Source of the DNA: a virus
Direction: 5' to 3' (one strand)
Length of the DNA stretch: 64,000 nucleotides
Virus record (IMG/VR): IMGVR_UViG_3300045988_178965
Location: 123,649 to 187,648 of that record
Below are positions 52,007 to 63,458 of the stretch, in pieces. The position numbers and the translations under genes are program-made. The notes below the pieces were generated by a model that was not told where the DNA came from, did no database searches, and saw only the letters and a list, made by a program, of their open reading frames with translations. Each line of letters opens with the position of its first letter. Within the stretch, counting starts at the first letter, position 1.

Positions 52007-53263
52007 ATGTCTAAAAAATTCGACAAAACTTACGCACAAGAATCTCAAAGCATTCAATTTATTCGTGGCCTGTTTGACAATGGCGGTAAAACTGTAGATG
52101 GTGAACAAATCTCCATCAGTGACGCTATGACAGGTAACATCGAAAGCCTTAAAGTTTCTGACGCTTTTGCTACCCCTAACTTCCCGATTGCCTTCAAACG
52201 TGTAATCGAAGAATTCGTCATCGACGCGATTGAGCCAAACCTTATTGGTCACAAATTACTGCAAACCATTCATATCGATCCTAATATCACCCAAGTAAAC
52301 GTTAGCACTTACGGTGCTATTGAAGTTGGTGACAACTCTGTTGCAGAGGGTGGTGAATACCCAGAAGTTAGCACCACTAACGGTGGTGGTCAACTCTTCG
52401 CTGGTGTTGGCAAATACGGTAACCGTATGCGCATCACCGAAGAAATGTTGCGTAACTCTCAATGGGACGTGATTGCATTCCACCTGACTCGTCTTGGTCG
52501 TGCTATGGCTCGTGCCAAAGAGCAAAACATCTTCCGCATGATTAACTCTGCCGGTGTTGTTGTATTCGACAATGACAATCCTAACCAATCTATCCTGGGT
52601 CGTACTACCGGCCGTGATATTTCTGGTGCTGGTAACGGTTCTTTCACCGCTGATGATATGTATGATATGTATGCTAATATGCTGGAACGTGGTTACAAAC
52701 CTAACGTAATCCTGTGCCACCCATTGGCTTGGGCTACATTCACTAAAGACCCAGTTCTGCGTGAATATGCTCTGAAAAATGGCTCTCTGGACAATTGGTT
52801 TACCAGCATGCCTAGCCAAAAAATCGGTGGTGATGTTCCAGAAGCTTACCGTCGTTTCAGCCGTATGTCTGGTCGTCCAGCTACTCCGCTGACTACTGAA
52901 GAGCGCGTTGGTACTCAAGATACTCCATTCCAATTCCCGTCATACTTCCCTGGTACTCAAGGTATCACTATTATGACTTCTCATTATGTTCCATTCGATG
53001 CAGAGAAGAAAACCACTTCTATCATCATGTTGGATACCAATGAATTGGGCGCAATCTTCGTTCAAGAAGAACCTACTGTTGATCAATGGGATGACCCAGC
53101 ACGTGATATCCAAAACATCAAAATCCGTGAACGTTATGGTCTGGCACTGTTCAACGATGGTCAAGCAGTTTCTATTGCTAAGAACGTAAGCATCGAACCT
53201 AACGAAGTTGTTCTGCCTCCTCAAGCAGTCGTTAGCGATTTGCCACGTATTCAACGCAAGTAA
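52007..53263 (+). CDS. major capsid protein (HK97-fold type)
   Basis: 418 aa, strongest codon bias in the window, followed by a strong terminator. Position after the protease-scaffold. Segments such as GKYGNRMRITEEMLRNSQWDVIAFHLTRLGRAMARAKEQ are typical of HK97-like MCPs. Confidence 0.7.
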   Translation: MSKKFDKTYAQESQSIQFIRGLFDNGGKTVDGEQISISDAMTGNIESLKVSDAFATPNFPIAFKRVIEEFVIDAIEPNLIGHKLLQTIHIDPNITQVNVSTYGAIEVGDNSVAEGGEYPEVSTTNGGGQLFAGVGKYGNRMRITEEMLRNSQWDVIAFHLTRLGRAMARAKEQNIFRMINSAGVVVFDNDNPNQSILGRTTGRDISGAGNGSFTADDMYDMYANMLERGYKPNVILCHPLAWATFTKDPVLREYALKNGSLDNWFTSMPSQKIGGDVPEAYRRFSRMSGRPATPLTTEERVGTQDTPFQFPSYFPGTQGITIMTSHYVPFDAEKKTTSIIMLDTNELGAIFVQEEPTVDQWDDPARDIQNIKIRERYGLALFNDGQAVSIAKNVSIEPNEVVLPPQAVVSDLPRIQRK

Positions 53264-53310
53264 TTTTTCAAAACTAAGTATATAATATACTCATAGTTGA
53301 TTAAACAACA

Positions 53311-53350
53311 TGGGGGTAGGGTTAGAACTCCCTGCCCCCATTTTTTATTT
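53311..53350 (+). terminator. strong intrinsic terminator after the capsid gene
   Basis: gggggtaggg (53312-53321) / ccctgccccc (53330-53339) with one G.U, followed by ATTTTTTATTT. Confidence 0.8.
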
Positions 53351-53359
53351 GGTGATTTA

Positions 53360-53938
53360 ATGAAAGCATTACAAGCAAAAGTAAAATTATTGACACAGAC
53401 GTTCTTGTTTGGCGAAAAGATTCATATGCGTCGCGGCCAAGAAGTTGTATATGACCTGTCTAAATTGACCATTGGTGATCTAGAAATCCTGGCATATCAC
53501 ATTCATAGAGGCGAGATCGAGTCAAACATTCCGTCTGAAAAATTTATTGAGAGAGCCGGTGCACTCCGAAAGGAAGTTCAACAAGGTAAATACGATAATC
53601 TATTGAAAATAGAGGACACTGAAGAAGTGCGTATTCTTGATGCCGAAATTGAACTGGAAGATGGAACTAAAACCACTCTTGCCGCTCTAGAAGAGTCTCA
53701 AAAAGAAGACCCTAGAGTTAAGTTTATTCAAGACAAAATTCTTGATGCCTCAACAGCTCTGGCTATGGTTGCAGCTAAAAACATCCCAGATGTTGACCTG
53801 GATATCCTTGACTTTGCTAAAACTTCAGAAGTTAACGGCAAAAACAGAAAAGGCGTATTGTCATCTATTGATTCAGAAATTAAACGTCTTAAAGAATCTG
53901 CTTTGCCTCAAGATAAAGTCGAAGAAGAAAAAGAGTAA
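53360..53938 (+). CDS. hypothetical acidic protein
   Basis: The track start at 53297 reads through the terminator. ATG 53360 (MKALQAKV...) is chosen instead. Confidence 0.6.
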   Translation: MKALQAKVKLLTQTFLFGEKIHMRRGQEVVYDLSKLTIGDLEILAYHIHRGEIESNIPSEKFIERAGALRKEVQQGKYDNLLKIEDTEEVRILDAEIELEDGTKTTLAALEESQKEDPRVKFIQDKILDASTALAMVAAKNIPDVDLDILDFAKTSEVNGKNRKGVLSSIDSEIKRLKESALPQDKVEEEKE

Positions 53939-53963
53939 CTAATTAAATATTGGATAGCAAATA

Positions 53964-55064
53964 ATGTCAGACAAACTAACAGTAGAAAAGGCTCTAAACA
54001 CACAAGAGCAACTTGAATTCATGCCTCTTAAAGGGTCTTTAAGGATTAAGTTGTCTGAACCGGTGAGCCTAGAATCTTTGAAGCCTCATATTGCTATCCT
54101 TAGAGTCGGTAAAGCATCTGGATTAAAAGAGCTTAAAAAGTCTTATAGCGATGCCTATAAGGCTGACCGCTCTGCTTATATTGACTTTGAGGTTTCTGTA
54201 GACGGCACAGAGGTTACAATAACCCCTATTCATCCGTTTGAAGAATTATCGGACTATGCCCTATATATCACTAGGGACATTAAATCTACATCGATGGAGA
54301 TTCTTCTTGATGGAGAGCCTGTCGATAATTATATTGAAGTAAATCCTCCAGTTGAAAGTGTTGTCGAAATTGCTCCAGTTGGAAAACCGTTTACAAGGGG
54401 CGGAAAGAAATACCTTCTAGCCGATATCTATGTATCCGGAAGAAAAGTAAAAGAGAAGGACATTCTCAATTTAGAGGAAGGCTTTACAGTAGAAGAGTCC
54501 AAAATAACAATTAAAGATTCTTCACGTATTGGCGTTATTAAAATAACTCCAACTGTAAAATCAGAATCTGAACACGACTACATTCTAAAATTCAAAACTG
54601 GCCAAAAGCATCCTATTGAAGATATAACTCCAGAGGGCACTTCATCTAAGATTACAGCAGATAGACTCTATGAGTTTTATCAAAATCCATATGATATGAT
54701 CCTTAATACAAAGTCAGGAAAGACTAACCTTAAGGGTATTAATTCTACGGAAGTCAAAGATAAACCAGATGAGATTCAGCCGAATATTGAGATTAGACTT
54801 CCAAATAAAATTATCTTTAATTTTGACAAAGAGTTGGCAGATGTGCCAACCGATTTAGCTGAATTTGATTTTGATATCACAGAGGCATTTGGTAATCAAC
54901 ATCTAGGACCAATGGGTCTTTTTAAAGAGGATGCATCATACATCCTTGAATTTTCTACTATCAGAAGAAATAAGTCTCTTCAGATTGAAGTTATTGAAAA
55001 TACCGATGAAGAGCCACATGATAAATATGAGCTGAGGTGGAAGCATGAGCCTGATTCACAGTAA
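53964..55064 (+). CDS. putative virion structural protein
   Basis: 366-aa ORF in the late array. No motif recognised. Confidence 0.5.
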   Translation: MSDKLTVEKALNTQEQLEFMPLKGSLRIKLSEPVSLESLKPHIAILRVGKASGLKELKKSYSDAYKADRSAYIDFEVSVDGTEVTITPIHPFEELSDYALYITRDIKSTSMEILLDGEPVDNYIEVNPPVESVVEIAPVGKPFTRGGKKYLLADIYVSGRKVKEKDILNLEEGFTVEESKITIKDSSRIGVIKITPTVKSESEHDYILKFKTGQKHPIEDITPEGTSSKITADRLYEFYQNPYDMILNTKSGKTNLKGINSTEVKDKPDEIQPNIEIRLPNKIIFNFDKELADVPTDLAEFDFDITEAFGNQHLGPMGLFKEDASYILEFSTIRRNKSLQIEVIENTDEEPHDKYELRWKHEPDSQ

Positions 55065-56529
55065 TACTTTAGCCGGTCCAAATTGGAAAGAACCAGACTC
55101 TGGTACCGGTATTCAATCTGGTAGGGTGTACAATACGGTTGGTACATTTGCCATCCCATCTGTCCATGCATCATTCGAAGGTTTTGAAGGGCCTAAGAAG
55201 AATAAGATTCTAATATATGATACAAAACCAGGCGCTAAAAAAAGACTTCTAAAGACAGAGCTTGCATATAGAGAACCGTTCCATTCGTTCAAATATTTTG
55301 AAGCATTAGGTTCAACATACGGGATGCACGAAATTATCAATGAAAGAGAGACTATGGGTGAAGACCCGTCTCCAATCGTTGAGAGATGGAAGTCTGAGCC
55401 AATATATATAGAGCGATACTCTTCAATGCGCCCATCTGTAACACTAAACTACAATAATAGTGATGAAGACCTATGCGGCTTTATGGAAGAAATTGTAAAG
55501 TCTACAGAGGCTAAGGATAACGGGTTTAAAATATCATTTGAAGAATTTGCAAAAGAAATAGATGGAAGAAAGTATATAGAGTTCCATATCGGCGAATTTC
55601 ATCTTCTTCCAAATACGCCATTAGCAATACATCGCTGCAACTTGTCTGCAGATATACTTACCTTTAAAAAGAGTCTAGCTGCATTTAAGGGTAGTGATTC
55701 CTTAAAGTCTGACGTTGTTCAGGTTCCTAGAATCTCCCCTACATCGAATCATTTTTTAGAATTCTATATTGGAATTGCAAGAATGAAAGACAGCTCAGTT
55801 AGACCAAAAGAGTTTAACGAGAAAGAGCTTAACATCCGCCACCCTAATAACATTGAGGGAGGGGCGCAGATAAGATGGAAATCTTTAACTGAGTTATGTA
55901 TGGAATGGGTAAGAGTATATGACGGCACAGATTTAAAGAGATTATTAAGCAAAGATATATATAGTTCCGGGCATTATGTGTTAAACACAAGATGCCGTAT
56001 TGATATAGAGAAATTAAAAGCTCATCTTTCTACATTAGATTTAGCACAAGAATCTAAATTGATAATCCATCCACCATCTTTTAATATCTTAGGGTTCGAT
56101 ACTATCAATCTATTAAAAGAGCCAAGGTATTCTAGACTTATTTCAAGACTTGATAAAGTAGAGTTTGACGTCCAAAGAAACTATAAGAGTAATGGTGGTT
56201 TTCACTACAAGATAATGGTTCATAATGAAGACAAATCGGTCTTATTATTTTCAGAATCCACAGATGCAGAAGTAGGTATTTTTATGCTGGAAAATTCCGG
56301 TGTGTCTGCAAACAGAGGTGCATGGAGATGGTCAAATCTTCATGGAAGAGACATTGGCGGTTTACATATACCGTTCAGCAACTCCTACGTTCATAATGCC
56401 GGTATTGATACCGAGCTATATGGTAAAATTACATATACATTCAATGAGTCGGTGTCGGAATGGTTAAGCCGCTACCGCAAGATACATATAACATTAGAAA
56501 CAAACGATGGGACCTTATTAAATGGCTAA
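55045..56529 (+). CDS. putative virion structural protein
   Basis: 494-aa ORF. ATG preceded by GAGGTGGA. Confidence 0.5.
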   Translation: MSLIHSNTLAGPNWKEPDSGTGIQSGRVYNTVGTFAIPSVHASFEGFEGPKKNKILIYDTKPGAKKRLLKTELAYREPFHSFKYFEALGSTYGMHEIINERETMGEDPSPIVERWKSEPIYIERYSSMRPSVTLNYNNSDEDLCGFMEEIVKSTEAKDNGFKISFEEFAKEIDGRKYIEFHIGEFHLLPNTPLAIHRCNLSADILTFKKSLAAFKGSDSLKSDVVQVPRISPTSNHFLEFYIGIARMKDSSVRPKEFNEKELNIRHPNNIEGGAQIRWKSLTELCMEWVRVYDGTDLKRLLSKDIYSSGHYVLNTRCRIDIEKLKAHLSTLDLAQESKLIIHPPSFNILGFDTINLLKEPRYSRLISRLDKVEFDVQRNYKSNGGFHYKIMVHNEDKSVLLFSESTDAEVGIFMLENSGVSANRGAWRWSNLHGRDIGGLHIPFSNSYVHNAGIDTELYGKITYTFNESVSEWLSRYRKIHITLETNDGTLLNG

Positions 56530-57049
56530 TATCGAAGTTCGACTATCAACTGGTAGTACCACATCAACCAATCTGACAGAGCCAAACAAATCTATTGGCG
56601 GCAAAATGGCAAAGAGTGCAAACGAGAATGTTTCGTATATTCTTGGTCAAAACAGCATGGTTATTAATAACCTATGGGATGATATCACACAGCTGGATAG
56701 TGAAAATGGTACATCAGATTACAGATGCGTTTATATCTATAATAACCCTGTTGGCTCTAGAAAGGGCCCGGCTATGGGTATGAAACTCATCTTATCTTCA
56801 AACTCATATGCAAAATTCCAAGTAGGTAAAACTCCATTACCAAACTCTGACGCAAATATCATTCTAGATGAGAACTCTGCTCCACTAAGCATCTCATTTG
56901 AAGATCATACAAAGGATGACCCGTTATTAATCGGAACATTGCAGCCTGGTGAATTTCAGGCAGTATGGTTTAAACGAACACCAACAAACGTGTCAGGTGC
57001 TGGTGAAGTTAGAGAATTTATGGACTTTACACTTACTGCAAGTGCATAA
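56522..57049 (+). CDS. putative virion structural protein
   Basis: 175-aa ORF overlapping the upstream stop. Confidence 0.5.
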   Translation: MANIEVRLSTGSTTSTNLTEPNKSIGGKMAKSANENVSYILGQNSMVINNLWDDITQLDSENGTSDYRCVYIYNNPVGSRKGPAMGMKLILSSNSYAKFQVGKTPLPNSDANIILDENSAPLSISFEDHTKDDPLLIGTLQPGEFQAVWFKRTPTNVSGAGEVREFMDFTLTASA

Positions 57050-57067
57050 TATAAAAAGGGGCTGGTA

Positions 57068-58840
57068 ATGGCGCAGATACTAGACTACACGCCAGATAGT
57101 GTAGAAATTGATGGCATTATTCAGCGTTATTTTGACATCTATTTGCCAGCCAATTTTGATGATCAAATGGAAGAGAAGGGGAACAACCCCTTCTATTCTG
57201 TTAATGGCATGATGGAAATGTTGGATCAGACCGACATTAATAACGCCAGAGAAGTTATACAATTAACCGAGGGATATTTCAAAGATATCCTGAATTCAAA
57301 GTATTACGAGTATTTTATTGCAGACGCTGTAGGCCGTAAGAAATACATCTTCCAAAAGGCTGGTGCTATTCTAGGCACAAAAGTTATTTCCAGCACAGGA
57401 AATCCTGGCTCTGTTGACCAAAAGTATTCCTTTGAGAGCGATAATCCGCTTATGTCGTTCGCCGATTTGATTAATGAAGATGGCCCTAGTTATATACAGG
57501 CACGAGATATCGACTACGATAGACAGGCCACATATTCCGCAAATATTGCGGCACATCGCACTTTTGATACTGATGAAAATAATAGTTTTGACGGATCGCT
57601 TTATGTTGCTGTTACAGGAGATGAGGTAAGCAAATACTATATTGAACTTCCTCTTCTAATAATGCGTAATAATATTCCAATGCACGATTCGGATTTGCAG
57701 AAGTTAAAAGAATATAGCCAAAAGGTTGCTGGCGGCAAATTAGAACTTGAGGTTTCAGTAACGCCATATACAGTGCTATATGTAGACGAAGTTCCTGGTT
57801 CTGAAGAACAAATCCCATACTCAAATAACCCGAATGACGGAGAAAGATATATTGCCTCTGAGCAAGGAAGATACAACTCTAGAATGGATTTCTACGTCAG
57901 AGCTGCTGATGGTCTTGTTGCAGATATTATTTCCGGCTTAAATAATAACAGTATTGATAACACTGAGCTCCTAAGAGCAGTCAAGGAGATCTTTTACGTC
58001 GGGCAGGATATTAGAATGTTTGGCTCAAGTAATTCATATGAATTAACAGGCATCATTGAAAAAATATTTATAGACGGCGGCAGAGTTAAGATAAGAATTA
58101 AATCTACACTTAATTCAGGAGGTTTTACATTAAGACCTATTACTGGCACATCCTCTAAAATACTTGGCATAGCATCTTCTAGTATTAGGGTTGGTATTAG
58201 CAATCCTTCTAAAAATATTGGTGGTAAATCCGAGAGGGGCAAATCAACTAGAAACTCCAAAGGTTCAGCAATTAAGGCTACCAATATCTACTCTGCGGTT
58301 GAAAATCGTTCAGATGCTTTAAAATCATTCCCAAGTCAATTCCTTGGTCCAAAATACGAAGACATCGAGAAGGCTGTAAATGAAGAAAAGGCAAGGGTGG
58401 AGCGAGAAAGACGCGAGGCAGCTGAACGGAATAGAAGACAGTACAGATGGGGTTCTTCCCAATACTACCAAGAACCAATTGACTATCAGAATATCTTGAT
58501 AGAGGGATTTAATACTTTGGCTAATGCATTTACAGGCGACGAAAAAGCTGCTGTAAATAAACGCTTTAACGCCATGGTTGATCCGCAATTGAAAAAGGAT
58601 AGAGATAGATTCTTCGAGATTATATCGGCTAAGATTACTCCAAAAGAAAATCTATCAGCTTCGCTTAAGGATCTGTATACATTTGATGCTGCTAGAATTA
58701 GGTTCTTCAAGGCGTATGATATCGCCGTTATAAAAATCAATATACTTTATAATCCAGCTAGTGCCACATATGCTCGCGCAGGAGCCCTTAATGAATTTGA
58801 CCTTACAGGATTTAAGATTGGCTTAAAAATATCAAGATAG
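57068..58840 (+). CDS. putative virion structural protein
   Basis: 590-aa ORF. ATG preceded by AAGGGG. Confidence 0.5.
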   Translation: MAQILDYTPDSVEIDGIIQRYFDIYLPANFDDQMEEKGNNPFYSVNGMMEMLDQTDINNAREVIQLTEGYFKDILNSKYYEYFIADAVGRKKYIFQKAGAILGTKVISSTGNPGSVDQKYSFESDNPLMSFADLINEDGPSYIQARDIDYDRQATYSANIAAHRTFDTDENNSFDGSLYVAVTGDEVSKYYIELPLLIMRNNIPMHDSDLQKLKEYSQKVAGGKLELEVSVTPYTVLYVDEVPGSEEQIPYSNNPNDGERYIASEQGRYNSRMDFYVRAADGLVADIISGLNNNSIDNTELLRAVKEIFYVGQDIRMFGSSNSYELTGIIEKIFIDGGRVKIRIKSTLNSGGFTLRPITGTSSKILGIASSSIRVGISNPSKNIGGKSERGKSTRNSKGSAIKATNIYSAVENRSDALKSFPSQFLGPKYEDIEKAVNEEKARVERERREAAERNRRQYRWGSSQYYQEPIDYQNILIEGFNTLANAFTGDEKAAVNKRFNAMVDPQLKKDRDRFFEIISAKITPKENLSASLKDLYTFDAARIRFFKAYDIAVIKINILYNPASATYARAGALNEFDLTGFKIGLKISR

Positions 58841-58849
58841 GGCTATAAT

Positions 58850-60430
58850 ATGATAATCATTTTTAACGAAAGTCTGAGTTCTGAGCATTTAGCCCTAGCT
58901 AGACATCAAAATAACTCAATCAAAGTTCCTCTTACTATATATTATTCAAATATAGAGCAATATAGATTTTCTTCCGGGTTCAATATAGACACGGGCAGAA
59001 TCGTTGTTCAGAAGTATAGGGATTATTTCTGGATTAATAAGCCAGAGCCGCCAATGCGATATTTTTGTGGATATCGTATAGGAGTAAAAATATCCTCTTC
59101 TGAACAGAGGTACCTTGCGGGATATAGTGTAAAATTCTCGCAAAGAACTGAGTATAAATATAGAAGTATGTTTAAAAGATACTTCCTATTTGGCGAGAGG
59201 ATTAAATACAACTATAAGGCTGGATACAGGTTTAAACTTGGCAGAACTAGAATTAAACTTAATTATCGTATAGCCTTTAGGGTAGTTAATGCAAAGAGAG
59301 ATCCGTTATTCTTAAACTATAAATGCCCTTACAGATATAGTAGGAGAAGCGAAACTCAATTTAGGTATACAGACTATTTCAATGTAATCCTTATTAATAG
59401 GATGGAGCAAAATTATAGGGCCGGATATAGACATAGCGTATCTAAATTTGTATTCCCAAGAAAATACAATAAGAACGCCGCCGGTGCCAATACAACAATT
59501 GCAGAATTACCAATCCCATGGAAAGTCATCAAACAAAATGATGGCTCAAGCGGTATCAGGATTGCATTGGATAAAGAGAAATTAAACCTAGGTACAGATG
59601 GCATAAGAATCTACTTAAACTTCCCTCCGAAATATATAAATTACTGTGCAGTAATGAGGGATAGATTTGAGAAGCTATCAGGTAAAAGTGAACGTCCACA
59701 CAAAGACCCAATTCAACCTCCACCACCGCCTCCTCCTCCAGAGAAAATGAAAGATGGTCCTTATGTAATTGACCATAAATTTAGGTTTGAATCTATAAAT
59801 GTGAGAGGACCTTCTGAGACAGAGGTTCCACCTCCTCCTGTGTACCGTGGAGAGCCAGAGCCTGAACCAAGGCCAGAACCTGCTCCTGAACGCCGAGAGG
59901 AACCTGCTCCTGTAGAACCTTCTCCTACTCACCCTGAGCCCGAACCAGAGCCAGCACCACCTTCAAGACATGAGCCTGAGCCTTCTGCTCCTGAGCCTAT
60001 GTCTCCTGAACCTGCGCCTGAACATCGTGAAGAGCCGGCTCCAACCACTCCTACCGAGCCTGCTCCTGAGCGTAGAGAAGAGCCTGCACCTACCGAACCT
60101 GCTCCTGCTAGTCCTGCCGATTCCGAAACTGTTGCAGAAGACCGTGGAATTACTATTCAGGCTGTGCATGAAGTTGAGGACCTGCCAAGCTACAACACTC
60201 GTAATTCTTCGGACAATATGAGTAACCTTGGTTATACAATTGATAAGTATGGCAATTATCCAGCCATACCGCCTATTACTAAGTATATTGTAGCTGAGGA
60301 TACTCCTGATGAACTTAAGGAAAACCTTCCATTGACACTTGATAATGAAGGTTCAGTGCTCAAGTGGGTAACACAAGAAGATCCCGAAACAGCACAGTCA
60401 GAAAGCTATTGGGCTGTAGATTACCAATAG
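58850..60430 (+). CDS. modular virion/fibre-like protein: basic Y/R-rich repeats, proline-rich spacer, shared C-terminal domain
   Basis: See the repeat feature 59714-60118. The C-terminus (60221-60427) is homologous to the C-terminus of the next gene. Confidence 0.5.
   Translation: MIIIFNESLSSEHLALARHQNNSIKVPLTIYYSNIEQYRFSSGFNIDTGRIVVQKYRDYFWINKPEPPMRYFCGYRIGVKISSSEQRYLAGYSVKFSQRTEYKYRSMFKRYFLFGERIKYNYKAGYRFKLGRTRIKLNYRIAFRVVNAKRDPLFLNYKCPYRYSRRSETQFRYTDYFNVILINRMEQNYRAGYRHSVSKFVFPRKYNKNAAGANTTIAELPIPWKVIKQNDGSSGIRIALDKEKLNLGTDGIRIYLNFPPKYINYCAVMRDRFEKLSGKSERPHKDPIQPPPPPPPPEKMKDGPYVIDHKFRFESINVRGPSETEVPPPPVYRGEPEPEPRPEPAPERREEPAPVEPSPTHPEPEPEPAPPSRHEPEPSAPEPMSPEPAPEHREEPAPTTPTEPAPERREEPAPTEPAPASPADSETVAEDRGITIQAVHEVEDLPSYNTRNSSDNMSNLGYTIDKYGNYPAIPPITKYIVAEDTPDELKENLPLTLDNEGSVLKWVTQEDPETAQSESYWAVDYQ
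59714..60118 (+). repeat. proline-rich tandem-repeat coding region
   Basis: Contains an uninterrupted run of 8 Pro (PPPPPPPP), then EPEPEPRPEPAPERREEPAPVEPSP...PEPAPEHREEPAPTTPTEPAPERREEPAPTEPAP. The EPAPE(R/H)REEPAP unit occurs three times. Confidence 0.8.
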
Positions 60431-60479
60431 TATTTTACTAGCAACTACAGTCTAGGTAGACTATAATTGGAATATCAAT

Positions 60480-61793
60480 ATGATTTTTACAAAAAACAAA
60501 GCTCTGCTCGATTTTTTTATTTTCGATAGTACATACAGGCATAATATGGTCTATGAAATATCTGGGGAGGAAGAAGATATAGGCCTAGTTGACTATACTA
60601 TGTTTGAACCAGACAATGATGGTGACTATCCGAGCTATATCGCTAAAAAATCAAGCAATGGCAAAGATTTAGTATATCATCCTATAACTAAGACATGGGT
60701 TGAAGTCGGCTCATTTAAACAGCCATCAGAAAGATACACAGCAAGAGTGTATGGTAAGACCAGGGACATTGTATGCTGGGATAATACATATGGATGTTTT
60801 ATAGTGGGTGGCTATGAAAGAACGCATGGGGATAAGTTGGACTATTTCAAGGCGCTTCCACAATGGACAAGAGCAAGAACCTCCTACGTAGAAAACTGGA
60901 GGTATATTCCTGTAGGGTATCACTTTAAAGAGACTTTTCATAAGGTAAAATATCCTAGATTTGTTGGATACTTTACAGAAAAGAGCGAAGATTCTGAAGG
61001 ATGGAGTTCTGGATTCTTCCATCTCAAAAATACAAAAACCTACACTGTTCCAACAGTGTCTGGTAGTCCAAATGGAGAAAAGCCATCTGATGATGCAGTA
61101 TATGACTGGTGGGATGGCAAATGGGTTGCACCTGGAAAATATAGACTCCCTGGAAAGCTTGATGAGAAAGACCTGGGCGAATATGGCTGGAGAGTGTGGG
61201 ACACTGCACTTGGCATTTATCGAAAACCAAGAGATTGGGTTGATAAAAATTGGCTAGATGATTATTCTGAACTTATTGTTGATGGAACAGTTGCTTATGG
61301 TGGCCATATCATCCCGGCGTATAACATGTGGGCATATGCCCTCGGTATTCAGGGTGACAAATATGTTGGCGCAAGGGCCGATGGAAATTACGCAGAAGGG
61401 GCAGAAGAGCAGCGGGCTAAACTCATTGAGTATATGAAGGGTGAAGGGCCAAAGGCTACTAATCCTAACCTTGCGCCTAAGCTTACAGACCAGAATGCTG
61501 TTGTCGAGAAAGTTGCAAAATCTGGTTATGATACAGGTTACTCACGTGAATCCTATTCAGTAGTGCAGATGAAGGGATATGGCTACACACCTAATAAGTT
61601 TGGTAGGTATGATGCGATTGCACCTATTACCAAATGGGTTGCAGGACCTGATACGCCTGAGTGGTTGAAGCGTCTACTACCAGCATATTCTGATGCTAAG
61701 CAATCAGAGGTTGAGTGGGTAGTTCAAACTGACCCTGATAATCCAGGTCAACAAGGTTATTGGGCAGTTAGCAAAGTGCGTGTTAAACAATAA
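60480..61793 (+). CDS. virion/fibre-like protein sharing a C-terminal domain with the upstream gene
   Basis: GYGYTPNKFGRYDAIAPITKWVAGPDTPEWLKRLLP...VEWVVQTDPDNPGQQGYWAV versus LGYTIDKYGNYPAIPPITKYIVAEDTPDELKENLP...LKWVTQEDPETAQSESYWAV. Confidence 0.5.
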   Translation: MIFTKNKALLDFFIFDSTYRHNMVYEISGEEEDIGLVDYTMFEPDNDGDYPSYIAKKSSNGKDLVYHPITKTWVEVGSFKQPSERYTARVYGKTRDIVCWDNTYGCFIVGGYERTHGDKLDYFKALPQWTRARTSYVENWRYIPVGYHFKETFHKVKYPRFVGYFTEKSEDSEGWSSGFFHLKNTKTYTVPTVSGSPNGEKPSDDAVYDWWDGKWVAPGKYRLPGKLDEKDLGEYGWRVWDTALGIYRKPRDWVDKNWLDDYSELIVDGTVAYGGHIIPAYNMWAYALGIQGDKYVGARADGNYAEGAEEQRAKLIEYMKGEGPKATNPNLAPKLTDQNAVVEKVAKSGYDTGYSRESYSVVQMKGYGYTPNKFGRYDAIAPITKWVAGPDTPEWLKRLLPAYSDAKQSEVEWVVQTDPDNPGQQGYWAVSKVRVKQ

Positions 61794-61804
61794 TTAAGGT
61801 TAAT

Positions 61805-62785
61805 ATGGAAACAAGAGACCCACAAAACACACCTACTGGTTTAACAGGTGAATCGGGCGATACTAGAGACCGAGGCTCTCCAGGAGCGATAGTAGGTGAA
61901 ATAAAACCTATTCCCGAGTATGTTAAGTATGGAGATGTGCCATTTATAGCCGAAGATAACGATGGGTTATTTTTATATATCCCATCTGTTATTCCACCAG
62001 AAGAAGCAACAGAAGAGCAGATCGCGTCATATCTTAAAACTCTTTCACCTATTTCAATCTCTATTTATAGATACAATAGTTTCCCAGTGGATACTACGCA
62101 GATTATTCGCGGAGAGAAGTGGGTTGACTCGAAAGTCTATGACCCTGGCGTTCTATATAACTTAGAGGCCAAGAAGATTGACATTAAAGAGGAAAGTATC
62201 GTTCTTGCAAATAAACAGCCGCGCGGCCTGGAATCAGATACATTCGAGGTTAAATTCTCTGAACCTAATAATTGCTGCTTAGATAAATCTGTATTGAACA
62301 AAGAATCTTCAAATGGATGTACAATTATTAAAGCAGACATTGAATACAAAGTAACTGGAGGAAATTATGATCCTACAGTTACGTGTTCAAGAATAGAGGC
62401 AGAAGGCTTAATAGATAGCTTAAACTCTATAGGTGCAATCGTAGGTATTCAGGACGGATTTAATGTTGGTGGTATAGAATGGTGGCTCATTGATTCTGGT
62501 AAAGTTACAGATAATTCTGGTAACGTTATTAGATACCCAGACCAGTTTGCAAGAACTGAGTCTTATAATTTTAATCCTGGCAATGCGTTTGAAAATGACT
62601 CTCGCAAGTCAGAGGTTAAAGTTGAAGTGCCTCCTCCAACAATTAGCGTAGAATTTAATCCTACAGTTCCATCTAAGCCGACTCCAGTTAAACCTACGCC
62701 TTTATCAACAGACTCTGACGACGCAAGAAGATTTGTAAATCTTGATTTCGTAAGAGATAGATATCTACCAGGATTTAGAAGATGA
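61805..62785 (+). CDS. putative tail fibre/spike-associated protein with a short collagen-like N-terminus
   Basis: TGLTGESGDTRDRGSPGAIVG has G-X-Y periodicity. 326 aa. Confidence 0.4.
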   Translation: METRDPQNTPTGLTGESGDTRDRGSPGAIVGEIKPIPEYVKYGDVPFIAEDNDGLFLYIPSVIPPEEATEEQIASYLKTLSPISISIYRYNSFPVDTTQIIRGEKWVDSKVYDPGVLYNLEAKKIDIKEESIVLANKQPRGLESDTFEVKFSEPNNCCLDKSVLNKESSNGCTIIKADIEYKVTGGNYDPTVTCSRIEAEGLIDSLNSIGAIVGIQDGFNVGGIEWWLIDSGKVTDNSGNVIRYPDQFARTESYNFNPGNAFENDSRKSEVKVEVPPPTISVEFNPTVPSKPTPVKPTPLSTDSDDARRFVNLDFVRDRYLPGFRR

Positions 62786-63435
62786 GTAGAGAACTTGAGT
62801 TAAAGCCGTGGCTAATAAGAAGCGGCAAGGTGTTAAATTCAGACGGATGGGTTTTAGACTTATTTGCATCTGTTAATCCCAGACTCGAAAAAGAGCTTAA
62901 GGATAACAATGTAGACATAAAAGATGCATGTGCAGTTACTAAAGTTTATACCAATCCATCTCAAACCAATTCCTTTAAATATAATACAATGGCTGAAATT
63001 GTTACTGATGGTTGTCACCTTGCAAATAAGGATGGAGACCCATTAACGATACTGTTCTCATACGGAAGAGTCGATCTGGCACTTTTAGAGTTTTCACAAA
63101 CTGAAACTGTCGGAGTGCCGGACGTACCATTTATTGTAAAAGAAAATACAGAATCCGGTATTAAGGCTGCATATTTTAATTTAGTCGATAGTGTCGAATT
63201 TATCGAAGATGTATCCGGACAAGAAGGTGTCAAAAAATGGAAGGTAACAATAAAACCTGATAATAAGGCAGCAATTTTTACAAGATGGGAAAAGAACGTA
63301 AGAAGATACTATAACGAATTTATAGTATATGCTAGGCAATACAAAGAATCTGATAACTTTAACAGTTCAGAACATCTTGGAGATCAGGCCGGAGGATCAA
63401 CAGAGGCTTCTGGTCCTATTACAGAATCTCCATAA
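62782..63435 (+). CDS. hypothetical virion protein
   Basis: ATGA overlap with the upstream gene. 217 aa. Confidence 0.5.
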   Translation: MSRELELKPWLIRSGKVLNSDGWVLDLFASVNPRLEKELKDNNVDIKDACAVTKVYTNPSQTNSFKYNTMAEIVTDGCHLANKDGDPLTILFSYGRVDLALLEFSQTETVGVPDVPFIVKENTESGIKAAYFNLVDSVEFIEDVSGQEGVKKWKVTIKPDNKAAIFTRWEKNVRRYYNEFIVYARQYKESDNFNSSEHLGDQAGGSTEASGPITESP

Positions 63436-63458
63436 TTTAAGACGTCAGGAAGGATATA

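Noticed and set aside
51188-52933. Long minus-strand ORFs (51188..51829, 51842..52252, 52256..52933, 52940..53254) opposite the head genes
   Set aside because: They are antisense to the most codon-biased plus-strand genes (head protein and MCP). Their composition is odd and they would break the late operon.
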